A DNA stretch of 64,000 nt from Podarcis pityusensis (taxonomy: Eukaryota), in the NCBI GenBank assembly GCA_964106645.2, contig OZ067039.1. One strand, given 5' to 3'. The notes beneath the pieces were generated by a model. That model did no database searches, was not told the origin of the DNA, and was given only the letters and a program-made list of their open reading frames with translations. Below, piece after piece: positions 26,801 through 41,800 of this stretch (the stretch's first letter is position 1; every line of letters starts with the position of its first letter). The translations under genes and the position numbers were made by a program.

Positions 26801-29800
26801 TAACCCTTAACTTTGGTTGTTGCAAAGTAAAAGTTTATTGCAAGGGTTTGCTGAACCACTCTGTGAACATCACCTGTACTTGTGTCTTTCTAATGAGTAG
26901 CACATTTGAATCGAAATGAATGATCACAGCAATATGTTACAGGTGTACATTAATTACTTAATGTAAAATCACAATATGGGAGATGACCTTTAGTCTTGTA
27001 TAGAACCAGTTCTCTTCACCAGACTGCAGACTGCGCAGATGTACTGCTCTTTGAAGGAAAAAAACAGTTGGTTTTCTTCTATCCTGCCTTTCTGCCTGCT
27101 TTCAGTGTTAGAAATGTAAGTATTCATTCCTGGCAAGAAACTTAGCTGGTGATTTTATTGAAACTCATCACCTAATTCGTTCAAAGGCTATGATGAATGA
27201 AAACTAGGAAATTTTCATTATTAAATCAGTATGGAAAAATCTTGTATTTGTAATTCAATACAGTGTATCTCTCCTCACTGAGATCTACTGAGTCCAGGTG
27301 ATGTGCATAGGACTGCAGCCTAAATCATTGGTCTGAGTCAGCTTCATTTCTGTGCACTTGTTTTGTAAAAAAAAAGCTGTGTTCTCATTGCTGGTTATAT
27401 AACCATCTTAAAATTGTTGATTTTGAATTGAATTGAAAGTGCCTACGCTAGATTTCAAAAAAATATGATGTAGGGCCATAGATCATAATCTTTTCAGGTT
27501 TATAATCTTTTCAGGTTTTTCCTTGTGCTTCTTTACTGAATTAAGAAATCCTAAACAACTCCTTTTTACTCAAAACTTGTATCATACTGCATTAGAAGCA
27601 GGGCTTTTTTTCCAGCCAGAACTCCCCTGAACTCCGTTCCGGCACCTCTCAGGTGGGTGCCATTGCTATTATAATATAACAAGGGAGGCGTTCATGGTGA
27701 GTTCCGGCACTTCTTTTTCTCGAAAAATAGCACTGATTAGAACTGTGAGCATGAGCAGAATTTGAGGAGTTGTGTTGTATACATAACCTTGTGAAAAACC
27801 TGTAGTTCTCTTTTCAACAAGGTATTAATAGACCAGTGGGCCTGTTTAGACCCCAGTTCATGTGTTGATACAGCAGTAAATAATGTGTAGCGCTCATGCA
27901 CACAAGAGCTTCCTCATTTACCTGCGGCAGGGTGGCATCCCATTACATGCAAGGAGCTACCCATCACTAAGAGCTCCATATGAGCATTGGAGGTCCTGTG
28001 AGTCTGTAGATCAGAGCAGTGAATTGTAATTAAATGTCAGAAACAGTCCTGTAGATCTTTCTCTATCCATATGCCTAATTCAATTATAATAATAATAGAT
28101 AAGTTCCTATAAGTCATGCTGTGGAGTTGAGTTTGGCACTTCTCCTTCCCAAGATTTATTCAGATGGTAAGTGACATACTACAGCAGTATCTAGTTCAGT
28201 TCACTCGTACCATTTCCCCTGTGTCATTTCCCACAACATAGGTTTTTGTTGCATAAATGTTGTATAAGTGCCAGCATAGGAAGATTTCAGTCAAGAACTC
28301 AAGTGGATGTTCTCCTCACATAGGAAAAGTGGACCTTTAGTGTTACCAGCTAAAAGCATGTGAAGAGTGCATTAGCTTCTTCTTGAAGTGAACTGTTGGA
28401 AATTGATTGATTTTGACCATATTTCTGTTCTGAATGAAATACTTTGTTATACCACTATATTGCTTCACTTGGAAAATGTTTTTGTGCATTCCAAGGTTAA
28501 AGACAATTTAGTGCTCGGAAAGATAATGCAATACTAGGTGTGTGCCCCCCCCCCCAAGACTCCATGGCTTGATTCTCATCCACAGTCTTATCAAGGGTAC
28601 TTGAGATATATAATACTATATATTCCAGAAAGTCCCAACTGATTGAATGGATGGTAAAATGGCAAATGCAGGTCAATGTGAACAAGAGTAAAGTGCTGCA
28701 TGTCATGACGACAAATAGTAATATTAATATTAAACACATGTTCCCGGAGTCTGAGAACAGGACAGAGGCCTTGGGGTCGTAGTGGATAGCTCAATGATAA
28801 TACAAAATCTAGCTATGATGGCTCCATAGTTGGAGGCATTAATGCATCTGAATACCAGTTGCAGGAAACCATGGGGTGGTGTTGAATGCTCTTCTGCTTG
28901 TCTCCTGCTTGTGAATTTCACTTGGCATCTGGTTGGGCATACTGTGACTAGGATGCCAGACTAGATGGGTCATTTTTCTGCTCCAGCAGGCTCTTCTTAT
29001 GTTCTTAAATCTGCACGGGATTATAATTTGTAGGCAGGTTCTTCTGAAAGGCTCAGAATCATAACATGTTTCTAGACCTCATGCTTTTAGAAAATCTTGG
29101 AAACATGTAGGCAGACTTGAAAAACTTTATAATGAATTGGATGTTGTATTGGTTCCCATTAGTTAATGAATACACCCTCTTTGTTCTTGGACCATGCCAT
29201 CTAATACCTATCTTTTTGCTACTATGTTTTTGTTTGTTGCTTGCTTCTGATGTTCCTTGTGCCCTCTATATTTACATCTGACAACTTTATTTCTTCATTT
29301 TAGGCCAAAACAAGTTTCTTCAGCCCATCCAAATTTTGAAGTTAACATAAAATAAAAATAATAAGACAGTTGCTCTCTATAATCTGTGTTTAGAATTCAG
29401 ATGTGTCCTGTCCCAGAGGAAACTAGTTAGCAGAAACAAGCATTGCTCCCTTTACAGCCAAAAAGTTCTTGATTGTAATAACAGAATGGAACATTCTGAA
29501 AGGATGTCATCTACTTTACTGAGACCATCTTGGTTACTTTCCTATAGTCCTTTGCTTTTTAGCTGATTTGGCTAGCTTTTTTCTTTCTTGCCTGAGGCTC
29601 TTGCTGAGCTTAAGTACCGTATCTTCTGGATTTGTTCATTCATGATCCTTTTCTCTGACTCGAGAAAAGATGGCCAAACTTTAGAAAGTGTAGCTTTCAG
29701 TGCTGGATTGCAAATTATGTCAAATGTTAAGCTGTATGAGTAGGCTCAATGTGCTTCCAAGCTGTTGTCAAATGCCAGAGTAGATTCTTTCCTTTTGATT

Positions 29801-32800
29801 TGCATATGATTCCAAATCCCTTGTTTTCAACTTGCAACTGAATATTTGCATAGACTTGTTTTGGCTTCTTTCTTGGGCTAGTTATGGAAACTCAATCAGA
29901 ACCAGCAACCAATTTTTTTTAAAACAACTTTTTAAACTAGGTAAATTTTACTTCAGAATATCTGGAGATTTTATCTGTTCCTGCATCTTATCAGAAAGGA
30001 ACAAGTATGTTAGTCCTCTGTCCTAGAGTTTTCATTATTATTTTTTCCAGATTGCATATACTCAGTAACAGACATTGCTTGTACTTTTCAGTCAAATATC
30101 TAGGGGTGTTCCTTTTTTACTCCTATTCTTGGACAAGATGGTCACTCATTTATTCTGTTTCATGTGTAAAAGCATTGAATTTTGTGCAAATTTTCCTTCA
30201 GCCGGGCTGTGGTATTTGGTAGAAAAGCCAGCTCAAACCTTTTGGCAATGTCCAGTGAAGTTTTCACTAGCTCAGGGATTTCTGCTAGTGAAACAGAACT
30301 TATCCCTCTTCTCCCTGTGTGCCCCTCCCTGCAGTCTCCCCAAATCCTCTTTGCAGGGTTGGGAGAATCCTCAGAACACATTAAGGGTGCAAAAGGGTGG
30401 GGATATTGGGGGAGAAGAGGGAGGGGAAGTTCCACTTGGCAGCCAGAAGTCCTTGCACTAGCAAAAGTACTTGATTAGATTCTGCTCTTTATTTCCAAAT
30501 ATGTTTGTGACGTGCCTCAAAGAGTAGAGAAGGTGGCATTTGTATCTGTGTTTTTTTCTTTCTAGTTTCTAAGTTGAGCTGTATATGAATCTTACTGTAA
30601 AAGAGAAAGGTAATACCGTATTTTTCTGTTTATAAGATGCCCCCATGTATAAGACTATTTTGGGGGACTCCAAATTAAGAAAACACCCCTCAGCACTACC
30701 CGTTTATAAGACGAGCCCCAATTTTAAACCTGATTTTTTGGTAAAAACAACCTAGTCTTATACACAGAAAAATACGGTATACTTGCAGAAAAACACCCAG
30801 TTTAGACAGACGCAGCTGACACTGTGTTAGAAGCTATCAGCAATGCCTTAATAAAACGTTCTCTGCTTATATCATACCAGATAGTTACTTCTTATCTTGG
30901 ACAGAATGGCATCATTCACACATCAGGTGAAGTCCAAACAAACTATGATGTGAAGCCAAGATTTGTTCTTGGCTTCCTGGCCATGGTTTGCCTAAGTGAA
31001 ACAAATCACAGCTCCCAGTTCAGACAAAATACTAATGCAGGGATTGCAGTTTGTTGCTCCTGCTCGCCATAGGAGAGGAGCAAAGTGAAAGCAGTCTCTG
31101 TGTTCACAAAAAACTATAGTTAATGTGCAAATTGGGCCATTACGTGTCAGATAGTAATGGAATATAGGTTGGCCAATCAGTATAAGTGATGACATGCTAA
31201 ATGAAAGCTCCATGATTAAAGGCAAGTTTTATCTGATTCCTTGCGGGGGGGCAGAGTGTGGCTATTACATTCATGTCTTGCCTGTGACTTACCTATGGTG
31301 TCTTGTTGGTCCCTACTAGAGACAGAATGCTGAACTAGGTACATCACTGGTTTGTTGCAGCAAGGTCATTATGTTGTACTCAATGATTATGGCTGAGCAC
31401 AGAAGGCTGTCATTTTCACCATTCACATTTATATACCTGTGAATTTTCACGAGTGCAGCTAGTATAAACCTATCCTCTCAGTTGACCATTGGGCTTCAGC
31501 TAGTTGTGTATTGAAAGAAAGAAATGAATGCAGAGGGTCAAGTGCCCTATAGTTTCATGGATTACTATGCAGGCCTCAACAAGTCACTGTTTTCTCAGTT
31601 CCACTTCTGCAAGTGGCAAAATATATATATACTAGCATGTTACATTTAAAAAGTCATATGTGACTTCCAGTGTTTTGTGAATGCATTATCCACAATTTTG
31701 GGGCAAACATGAATCTTCATATTGGGCACAAAATGTAGCAACCTGAATTTCTCATGTCTTATTTAAAAATAGGATTATTATTTATGTTCAGAGAATGCTT
31801 AAGAGAAACCTCAGAAACCAGAGAACGACTCAACAGGATTTTCAGTGGGGAGGGATTGAAGTATTAGTACCTTGGATATGTACTTGCTCCTCCTTACAAC
31901 TAGCAAAAGTGACATAAATTATGCAAAAAAGTAGGCAAATTGGGTTTATCTGCATTATTTAGACAAGCTGGAGAAACAACATCTGTCTGTCTCTAAAACT
32001 AAGTCAGATATAATTCTGCAGTGAATGGTGAAAACAGACAGTGATACTTGCACATGTACAGTATACCCAGAAATACAAATCTAATATTGGGAAGCCTTCA
32101 TGATTTGTGTACTTATTTAACTTTGGAAAGTACATGTGGGAAACTTCCTAGCAAAATCACCATTTGTTCTTAACATTTTGTTTAAAGTTAATAACAAACT
32201 AATACTTAACCTCTGTAGCTGACCTGATCTGGACAGCCACCTGCTGATGCTTTACTGATGTTTTGGACAGTACTGTATAGTACAACTTTGACTTTTCCAA
32301 AAGGTATTAGATATTGACAAGAAAACAGGTTATTGGAGTAATGTCTTTGCAACTCAGGCAGTGATTTAACCTTTTACTTGGTGTTTGAGGGTGTTTTTTA
32401 AAAATGAACATGAAATGTGATTTTTAAAGGTTGTGCAAATATCTATTTTCCAGAAAATGAACTAGAACTTATCTTTTTTGCTTTAGGCTTTCAGATAAAC
32501 TTCTGTGAAAAAGCACAAAGTAAGCTACATGTTTTATAGTATTCTGCTATTTTATTTTACTTTATTTTTATATCATTCTTGGTACTGGGAATGTGTCCAC
32601 TGTTGATCTAACTAACCTGCCATGCATTAATACATGGGCAGAGCTTCCATTTTTCATCTTGCTACCCAAATCTAATTCTGTTGTTCTGTCAATAATTCTT
32701 TAGTATCTCTTTTACTTCTTGGATAGTAAACTAGAGGTCGCATAGATAGTTGTTCCTAAATTGTAATGAATGAAAGATTTAAGACTTTTATAAAATGAAG

Positions 32801-35800
32801 TGGAAATATAGATATTTGGGGTTTAATGGAGTCTAACCACTTAGTGAAAAAGTAATCATAGGAACTGAGAGGATTATTTCAGTGGGGGCCCAAGTCACCT
32901 TCTTGTTTCTGCTCTTGTTTTAAAGTTTGGCATGAACTGCTTTGCATTGGCCTTGGTAGCGTGACACAGTAAACCAAACTATGGCTCGCATTCACTTTGC
33001 TCCTGCCCAGTCAGTTTGGTATAGCAGTGATGCCAAAGTTTGGCTTAAAAGGTCATCTGAAGGTGGGATTGTGCTTAAACTCTACACTCTTTAACTGTGA
33101 TGTAGTCAAGAGCAAACCTTGGCTACAGACCATGATTAAGGAGGAGATAACTTAACCATAGATCAGTGTGTGGGTGATACACTAAGCCAACCTTGGCTTC
33201 ATTGTTGTGCTGAGCTAAAATAATCAGGGATGATCAAAGGGGTTGCGTTCTCCCTGGGAGCTAGCATGTTTGTGGTAAGTCATGGTTTGGCTTAGTGTTA
33301 CATGGGAATGTGACAACTGTCAAGCCATCAATCCAGCAGTGTAATGTCTAATCTGATTGGCACTGGCTCTCCCAAGATCTCATGGAACAGTCTTTCCCAC
33401 TGCTACCTGAGATCATTTGAGTGGAGATGCCGAGCTTCTAACTTTTGTCATGCAAACCTTGTCCTCTGCGACTGAATCAAGGTATTTTACTATGGGGTCT
33501 GGTTGTAATTTAAATGACCCAGTAGTGCTCTCTGTGTACCTTTGGAATGATAACTTTTGAAAACATGACCGGATACATCATTTTGAAACTGACGTCTCTA
33601 TAAAAGTCAGGAAAAATTGTCAGTCACTACCATCCCGTGTTTGGATGATTAATGGAAGCTCTGCACAATTAATTTTTTCATTGTTTCATTCTCTTATGGC
33701 ATTCATTTTTTTTAAATTGCAATGTTCATTATATCGTTATGATTGCCTGCCATGCTTTAGTGGGAACTTTATTGGAGGAAAAAAAAACCAGCACTGCTAG
33801 CATTCCTCCCTGTCCCTTCTACTGGGTACACCTTGTATAGTTAAACACATCCGTCTTGCATTCAGGCTGCATATATTTTTCATTTTTATTTGAAGCTAAT
33901 GGATATGCATATTTAATTTTGAAATGATGAAATGCTTGTAAGATGACTATTGATGCTTAGTGATTTGCTGCCTAAGGGTTCTAAAGATGATCCCTAGTAG
34001 GAGGATGGTAATCAAGAAATGCAAAACAGTTTGTGCCCCAAATATCGCCACCAGCCATCTAGACGATCAGAAATGTAGTTTGCCTCCTATTCCGGTTCCC
34101 CTGGGAAATGCTATTTTGTAGTCAGTTTGTAATGCATTTTGGCAGCACTAGAAGGGGGGAAACGACGACAAAGTAAACTGAAAAAAATCAAGCAGTTTCT
34201 GAGATACCTTGCATGGTGCTTTGGCGCCTTGTATTTTCCTGTCACAACGAAACATCTGTTGTTGTGTAGAATGCTGTTTTATTCTCTTGCGCCAAAGCAG
34301 TGCTGTCCCCATGGATTAGGAAGTGCTAGTTCTTAAAAGTGAGGGCCATAACAAAAATGAAGGTAATTTTTCAAACAAACAAATAGGAGCTGTGGGGGCT
34401 TCCAGATCAGGTCCATGGGGGCGAAGGGGAACTGTCTCTGCTGCGGCCCTGATCTAGATAAGAGGCCCCATAGCTACTACTGGTAACCACAGGAGGATGG
34501 GACCCAGGTTGAAACTAGGGCAGGGGTAGGCAACCTAAGGTCCGGGGCCCGGATGCGGCCCAATCCGGCCCGTGGATGGTCCGGGAATCAGCGTGTTTTT
34601 ACATGAGTAGAATGTGTTCTTTTATTTAAAATGCATCTCTGGGTTATTTGTGGGGCATAGGAATTCGTTCATCCCCCCCTCCCAAAAAAATATATAGTCC
34701 GGTCCACCACATGGTCTGAGGGACGGTGGACTGGCCCACTGCTGAAAAAGGTTGCTGACCCCTGCACTAGGGTTAAAGATTCCCTTCTCCTTCCTGTAGT
34801 TCCAATCCAGTTTTCAGGAGTAGGAGTCTTCGTTCCTATTTACTATTTAAAAGTGAAATGAAAACCATCCTTTCTGTTTTGTCCCTGAGTTGTGGTCCCT
34901 CCAAGCAAGATGCTTGTGTAAATCAAGAGCTAATGCTTTAGCTTCTTTTTTCCTCTGGCTTCTTATGCTCTACCTATTGCTTGAATCTTTTGTCTTATGA
35001 CTTCATTCTACAGTCACCACTTCGTGCCATTAAGGACTCCTGTTTTTTTGGGGGGGGGTGTAAGCAGATGGCTTCTTAAAAGATTAATGAAGTTGTCTAT
35101 AGCAGTATATTTCTAGCAGAAATAATAAATGGGGACTGAGTAACTTGGGCAGCTGTGAAGGTCACAGCAGAAAAAGTAGCATAAGTAGGTAGACCACAGA
35201 TTATTTGCATATTTTTATTCATAATGAGCAAAGCTTATAAAATTTGCATAAACCTTGTGGCCGTCAAGTCATAGTTCTTAGACATTTCAAAACTCTCCAT
35301 GCCTCTGTTAATGCAATTTGCAGGCACTCCCTTCCTAAATACCTTTAATTAGAAATCAGTTCAAGTGATTTAAGTGGAACATCATTTCATGTAAGTATGC
35401 TTTAGGGAACATGTTCTAAAACTGGTGATATTTGTAATAATTCTGGAGGTGGCTAACAGTTGACAGTGGTTTTAATCTTAAGGCTTAGAAATATGGTCTT
35501 TCCTTGCAAACAAATATTTCCTGTGGAAACAAATATTATCCTGGTTATTTGTATTTTATGCAGCTTTTATATCTTAAAACTAACTGCATTAAAGAGTTTT
35601 GAATCCCCAGAAGATTAGAATTGCAACACAATCTCTCAAATCAAGAGATAGTATTAAATTGCCCCAGTTGGGGGGGGGTGTGTGTGTGAAAGAAATGGAA
35701 AGCTGTGAATGGGGCAGGATGATCAGCGATTTCCTACACAATGGAGGGTATGTTGGTGGTTCACTGGAGAAAGCATTAAGAATCAGTCCTGCCCTGACCA

Positions 35801-38800
35801 CACTCATTTCTTTTCTCTGTGGACAGTATTCAACTAAATCTTGTGCTAGCATAAGGGAATTTCCCCTTGTTTCTTTCCCCCACATGCACCCCATGCCATC
35901 CCCAAATCCCTGAAGGATAGAGAAGAAACCCCAGAACAGATTTAGAGGGCATGCAAGTGGCAGATGGGGAGAACATTTCATTGCACAGGGTGAAATCCTT
36001 GTGCTGACCTTAGCACTATGCTTCACTTTAGCTCCACCTTAGCACTATGTTGAATACAGCTCCACACCTGCTAGATCAGTCAAGAACATAGCTCCCATTC
36101 CTGCAATCTTAAAAAATGTTATTCTAACCAGAGAGATTATCCCAATTTCCCCCCCATAACTAGTTTTGGCAGGAGGGTTACTTTCCATTCTCCTAAACAT
36201 GTCAAAATTATTAACCCAATCTTTCCATCCATTCTTCCTTTCTGTAGTAGTTCTTTTCAAATGAGTTTCTAAAGAAGCAAACCTCTTATTAATCTGGCAT
36301 GTCCCTGGTTCACACATGATCTATAATGATGGTAGTGTCCTGGCTGGGTTTTTAAAAAACCTTTCTCCTGTCTACACACTTAAGTCTTCATTCAGCGAGA
36401 AGGTGACTAGCTACAGAATTCTGGCAAACTCAAGAGACTCAGTGACTGATGAGTGCCATCTTCACTAAGGATGAGTTGTTAGGAATATGTTGCAAGAAGT
36501 ATTTGGGGAGAGTACTACCAGAAATAACACACACAGAAGCCCTAGCAAATGGTACAATTAAGGCAATGTGAACACATGATGTGAACAATGCAGATGAGTG
36601 CACTAGCTCTGAAGTCACTTGTTCTTTCCAGGCTTCTAAAATGTGCATGTGTCTGCATATAAACAACCTTCCACACTTTATACATTTGCCTTCCATTTGC
36701 TGTAAGATGACTGAAACAGTGATGAAGGGAAGGGGTGGAGCAAGGAATGCTAGAATGCTCATCCTGCTTCACTCCCTATTATGCTTAAATTGACCGGACT
36801 TTAAAACATACTTTGGACTAGAGAAGTAGTTTCTTCAGTTCCAAATTAGTAGTGAGAGAAGAGCTAGAAGTTAAAATGTGAGACATAGGGACAAGACCTG
36901 GAAGGTGGGGATGGTTCTGTACATCCATCACAAATTAAGGAAGAGGCTTCTCCTATTTCATACTCTGTTCTGTCCTTTCCCCTTATTTGGAATCTCAAAA
37001 GGCAGACCAGGGCAGTGCTACTCAAAGTGGTGGTCCATGGATTTGTGCTTGTCTGCAAACCATCAGCTGCTGGTCCACAACAACTCCACCACAGCCCAAG
37101 TTGGGAGGGATGTTTCAGGGACCAAATATGGCACCAGTTCCTGGCACATCAGTGGGGTGCGAATTGCTGGTCCACCACAGCAGACAGTTTGAGAAACACT
37201 GGACTAGGGAATGCTTTCAGGACAGCTATTTTTCTGCTGTCTGAATACTTAGCTTTCAATACTACTCATGAAACAAATAATCAGAGCTTGTAAAGAATTT
37301 CTGTAAAGGGGAACAGTATAGTCTGGCATTACATTTAATATAGAGATAGTGTTTTTCATTGTGCCTTTTGGTTGAAGATCTTTAGGTTATACTACTGATA
37401 TTTATTCCCAGCTCATCCATAACCAGGACAGCTACATGTACTATTTTTGTTAATCAATACGAGATTCTCTTAGCAAAATTCTTACACTGTGGTTTAAAAG
37501 AGGTCCTTCCTTCTCCTGCATAGCAAAGTGTTTTATTGAACTATGTGCTGCTTCACAACCCAACCCTCTAGAGTAGATTTTCTGTGGGAATGAAGGAAGG
37601 CTTGAATAAAATCACACGTCTCTTCTGCCTACTGGAGAATCCTCTGAGAAGAGCTACACTCATAGGATCTCTGGATTCAAGCTCTTTATCTTAGATCTAT
37701 AATGCCTTATTTGTCTTTGTCATCACTAACTCGCATTTTGCACCACTGAAAACATTAACTCTTGGGAAGCACAAGAGGAATTGTCTGCTCAGCCCTAGAG
37801 TTGCCCTCCAAAGGGGCCAGGCAGCAGAATGTATTGATGTCCAAATGGCATCCTTCTAAATTATTGGTCCTAAAGCTAAATTCTAAACAGAAAATGTGGG
37901 AATAGTATGTACAGAAGACAGGTATGAATATGGGTTGGTTGTGCACAGCCTTCTATCTAGTCTTTTGGCTGGACTGTCTTTTTATTGATTTAATACCACT
38001 AATCCCCATGTCTGCTGTTGGGAGGAGCAGAGATCAGTATGTAAATCAGTGCAGTTCCCATGTTGAATGTGAATATTGAGTACGTGTACTGCATCCAACA
38101 ACCAGTAACCTACAACAAGGCCTTATTCTTCAAATGTGATCATTTTTGTTTGTTTGTTTCTCCCAATTTTTCCTGGAACAGAATACAATGATGGCATTCG
38201 TGTACCAGGTTCTGGTCTTGTAACAGCATCATTGTAGTTTCTGGGGAAGACAGAAAAGGCAACCCAACTCTGACCTGCAATAACGTTATCTGCACCAACC
38301 TGGTGCATAATGTGTATATACAGAATCAAGGAACTGAACCCAACATTTATTTCATATGTACTGCTTAAATCTGTAGACACAGGCTAGGTCACAAAAATCA
38401 GGTTAGACTTTTAATAAAATAGGTATGGAGGCTTTTTGAGTGGGGTTTGTTTTTTTTAAGTAGAAGTTTTTTCTGTTCCAGGCATATCTAGAATTGCATT
38501 CAATTAGATAGGCTTCCCAGCTTTTAAGAATTAATAGCCCAATGTTGCAGGTGTATATGAGTTAATCCTCTTGTTCTTGCAGTATCAGAAATAGAGCCTT
38601 CATCTTCATTTCCTTGTGAAGTCACTTGGGAGGTATGAGGCTCTGGTGGTGTCACACAACAGTGTGATGTCAACGAAAGCTAGCAGAAATTACCTAACTA
38701 GCTTTAGTGTCATATATCCATAGACTTGGGTTTATTAATTGGGTCTTGTGGGGTTCCTCTGATTTGGGCCTTTCTGGTATTATCTGAACCACTAAGTTGC

Positions 38801-41800
38801 TGATACCATCTTTCCTGTTAGCATGCAGAAAGCGGTGAGGAAGATGCACTCCTGCAGTTGCTTTTAATCTACTGTTTAGATATGTCAGTGTAGAGTGGTA
38901 TGATTGAGGCTTTGTGGTAAGCCATATGCCTTGAGCTTGTGCAAATGAAAAGTTTGAATTAGCTGCTATATATGTGCGTATGCATGAGTGTATGAAAGAA
39001 CATGAGGGTAACAGAAGAGCAATACAGCAAAAACAACTTGAGGTTAAAATGCATGCCATGTTGGTTTAGTTGAATTTCTTGCTTACGTTAGATACTGAGA
39101 TGCAGGGCCCAGGTGCTTAAGACCATACTGTACAATCCTATACATGTTGACTCAGAAGTAATTCCCATTGAGTTCCGTAGGGTTTACTCCCAGGTAAGTG
39201 GTTATGGGATTGTAGGCTAAATCTAGCAGGCAGATTTCTGAAGTGTCCAGTTGATTACTCTCCTGGAAATAAATCCCATCAATTCACTTCCTTGTTAAAG
39301 TGTGTTGGTATTGATGTGTCATATGCCAATCATTCCTGTGCATTGCAAGGGGTTTGAACTAGAGGATCCTCGTGGGTCACCCTGCAATTCTATAATTCTG
39401 TGATTGAATAACAGGAATGTTAATAAGCTGTTTTTAAAAACTTAGGTCAGTTCATTCATTCGCTAACAAAGGAAGTACATTATTTTTAGAAATACTCAAA
39501 TTTTGCATCAGAATTTTAATTCTGTTATTGAGTTAGACAATTTAAATTCTTTTCCTCAATGTGTTAAAATAGATCAAGTTTAATCCAAACATGATTTCCA
39601 TAACCTGTCTGTCTGCACAAAACATTTATTATTGAAGTTTGCTAAGTGGAATCTGTGCTATGGTGCCTCATTAATCTCCTTTACTTCTTCTCAAACTGGG
39701 GCTTCCTGCTTCCTTGACATGAAGACTGTTGCTGTGAGGAGATAGGAGGTATGAAAAACCAGACAGTCAGTAAACGTGGGGTGGCCTCGGCACACTTCAT
39801 TGCAGAATACATGATAGTAAAATGTTTGATAGGCTCAACTTTAAGTTCAACTGCAGCTTTAACTTGCCACTTGCTATAGTTGTGAGATACAGCAATGTAT
39901 TTATGCTTAGGTAACTTGCACACATTTATAGATGCTGTATGTATTAATATGCCAGCAGATTATTCTTCTTTTTAAGCGATGAGTTCCCCATTCCCCATTG
40001 GCTACAAAAAAAGCACATGTACACTTGCTCTTTCAACACCTACTGGCATGTGCAACTATGTCCTTACCCTCTTGCATTCACACATTCAGGCTTGCAGATA
40101 CATGTGCATATGCTAGCATACTCCTATATGCGCACTGATCTACACATTCTTTCTCATGCCCAGAAATGTTTTCTCAGTTGCATGCAGACCTGCACATCTC
40201 CCTTCAGTAGGCAACAGTATTGGCTTGTTTTTGCTAGTTACTTTTGCTGGATTTTGTGACCCAGCTACATCACATAGTGGTAATTCAAGCTACAGTCAAG
40301 GCTGTATTCCTGCCCATTTTTATTGAACCTTGTACACATCCTATGTATGTTAGTGCTTCAGGATAATGAGGTGATATATTTTGACCATTGACCTAGCAAT
40401 ATTATCAAAAATATGAATACATGGGAACTATTTTGCGGCTAGCCACCAGCATTAAAGGAAGGGGTTCTAGTAGTATAATTGTAAAAACAAGGGCATTTGT
40501 AGACCAAAGAAGCTGTTTGTCAGATGCAGACTTGCTCAGCGGCTCAATTTGGTGTTAAGTGCAGAAGCCCTATCCAATGACTAATCTATTGATATTGCAA
40601 TATTAAATGTTCATTGTTTATGTGAAATGTTTCATGTAGGGAAGAATATGTTATATTTTTTGGTTCTGGTTTATTTTGGATGCTTTCAATACAGTAATAC
40701 ATGTTCTCTTGCCGACAAGAGTGTTTTTTGTGTGTTTGTTTATCTCTCAGGTAAGCGCAGAGCACTGAAGTTGAATTTTGCAAACCCACCTTTCAAATCC
40801 ACAGCGCGATTTACTTTGAACCCTGGAGTTCCTTTTCAGAATCCACACATGTGAGTATAAAGCCAGAAATTCCACCAGATGGAACCATTTTGAAGTAGGA
40901 AGATAAAGCACTTTCCTTTGTCACACAAATTTTGTAGGCAGCTCAAAAGATAAAATTGTAGTCTGGACTGAGACGTAGGATGTTCTGTTTATGTAACATT
41001 TTCTCATGTATTTTTGGAACTTCAAATAAGCTGTTTTACCTAAAGGCTTAAAGCAAGACTACTCCTTTGAACTGTACCAAAAAAAAAGTCCTGTCATTTG
41101 CTGGCATGTCATCTCCATATGGCAGGGGTAGCTTACCTGTGGTCCTCCAGATATTATTGGACCACAAGTTCCCATCAGCCCCAGCAAGCGTGACCAAATG
41201 TAGCCCCACGCTGCCAACCACAGTTTAGCCACTCCTGCCTTACGGTTAATCTCATTCACGGACTGCATAAACCTATGCCTGCTGCTTTTCAAGTTTGCAA
41301 AGTTTTTATTCCTGTATTTGTTTTTAAGATATTTGTGTGAGACATCTTAGTTTTAAAATTGAGGGGATTCTTTTTTTAGAAATCTAAGAGGTGGTGAGAA
41401 ATTACTAGAACCCTAAGTCTCCAAGAAAGGTGTTAACGGACAGCCTTATATACAGGTTCAGTGTAAAGTGGAGTATCCAACAATTGGTTGTTTAATGCAG
41501 CAGAATGTCTCTTGAAATACAAGCCTTGTGTCCTCAGATCCACCAATCTGGACTGATGGGTGACTTCTCAGGCTGTCCAGTCAGCATCTCCTTTATATTC
41601 CCTTGTGAGGTTTTTGAAGTCCGGCAGAGTAAAAATCCTCAGAGCTTTGTGCCTGTCATTCCTCCAGTTGCTTGTACTTCCTTTGGACAATTCTGACATG
41701 TATGTGTGTCTGTATGTTGCGGCTTTGTTCATATAGCTCAGAGCTTTCTATTTCCCATGAATATATCAGTTTCATTTCCTTATTAAGAAACTCTTCCTTG

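Noticed and set aside
27485-27518. 17-bp tandem duplication (a similar 16-bp one lies near 14893)
   Set aside because: Two-copy slippage duplications with no spacers; not an array
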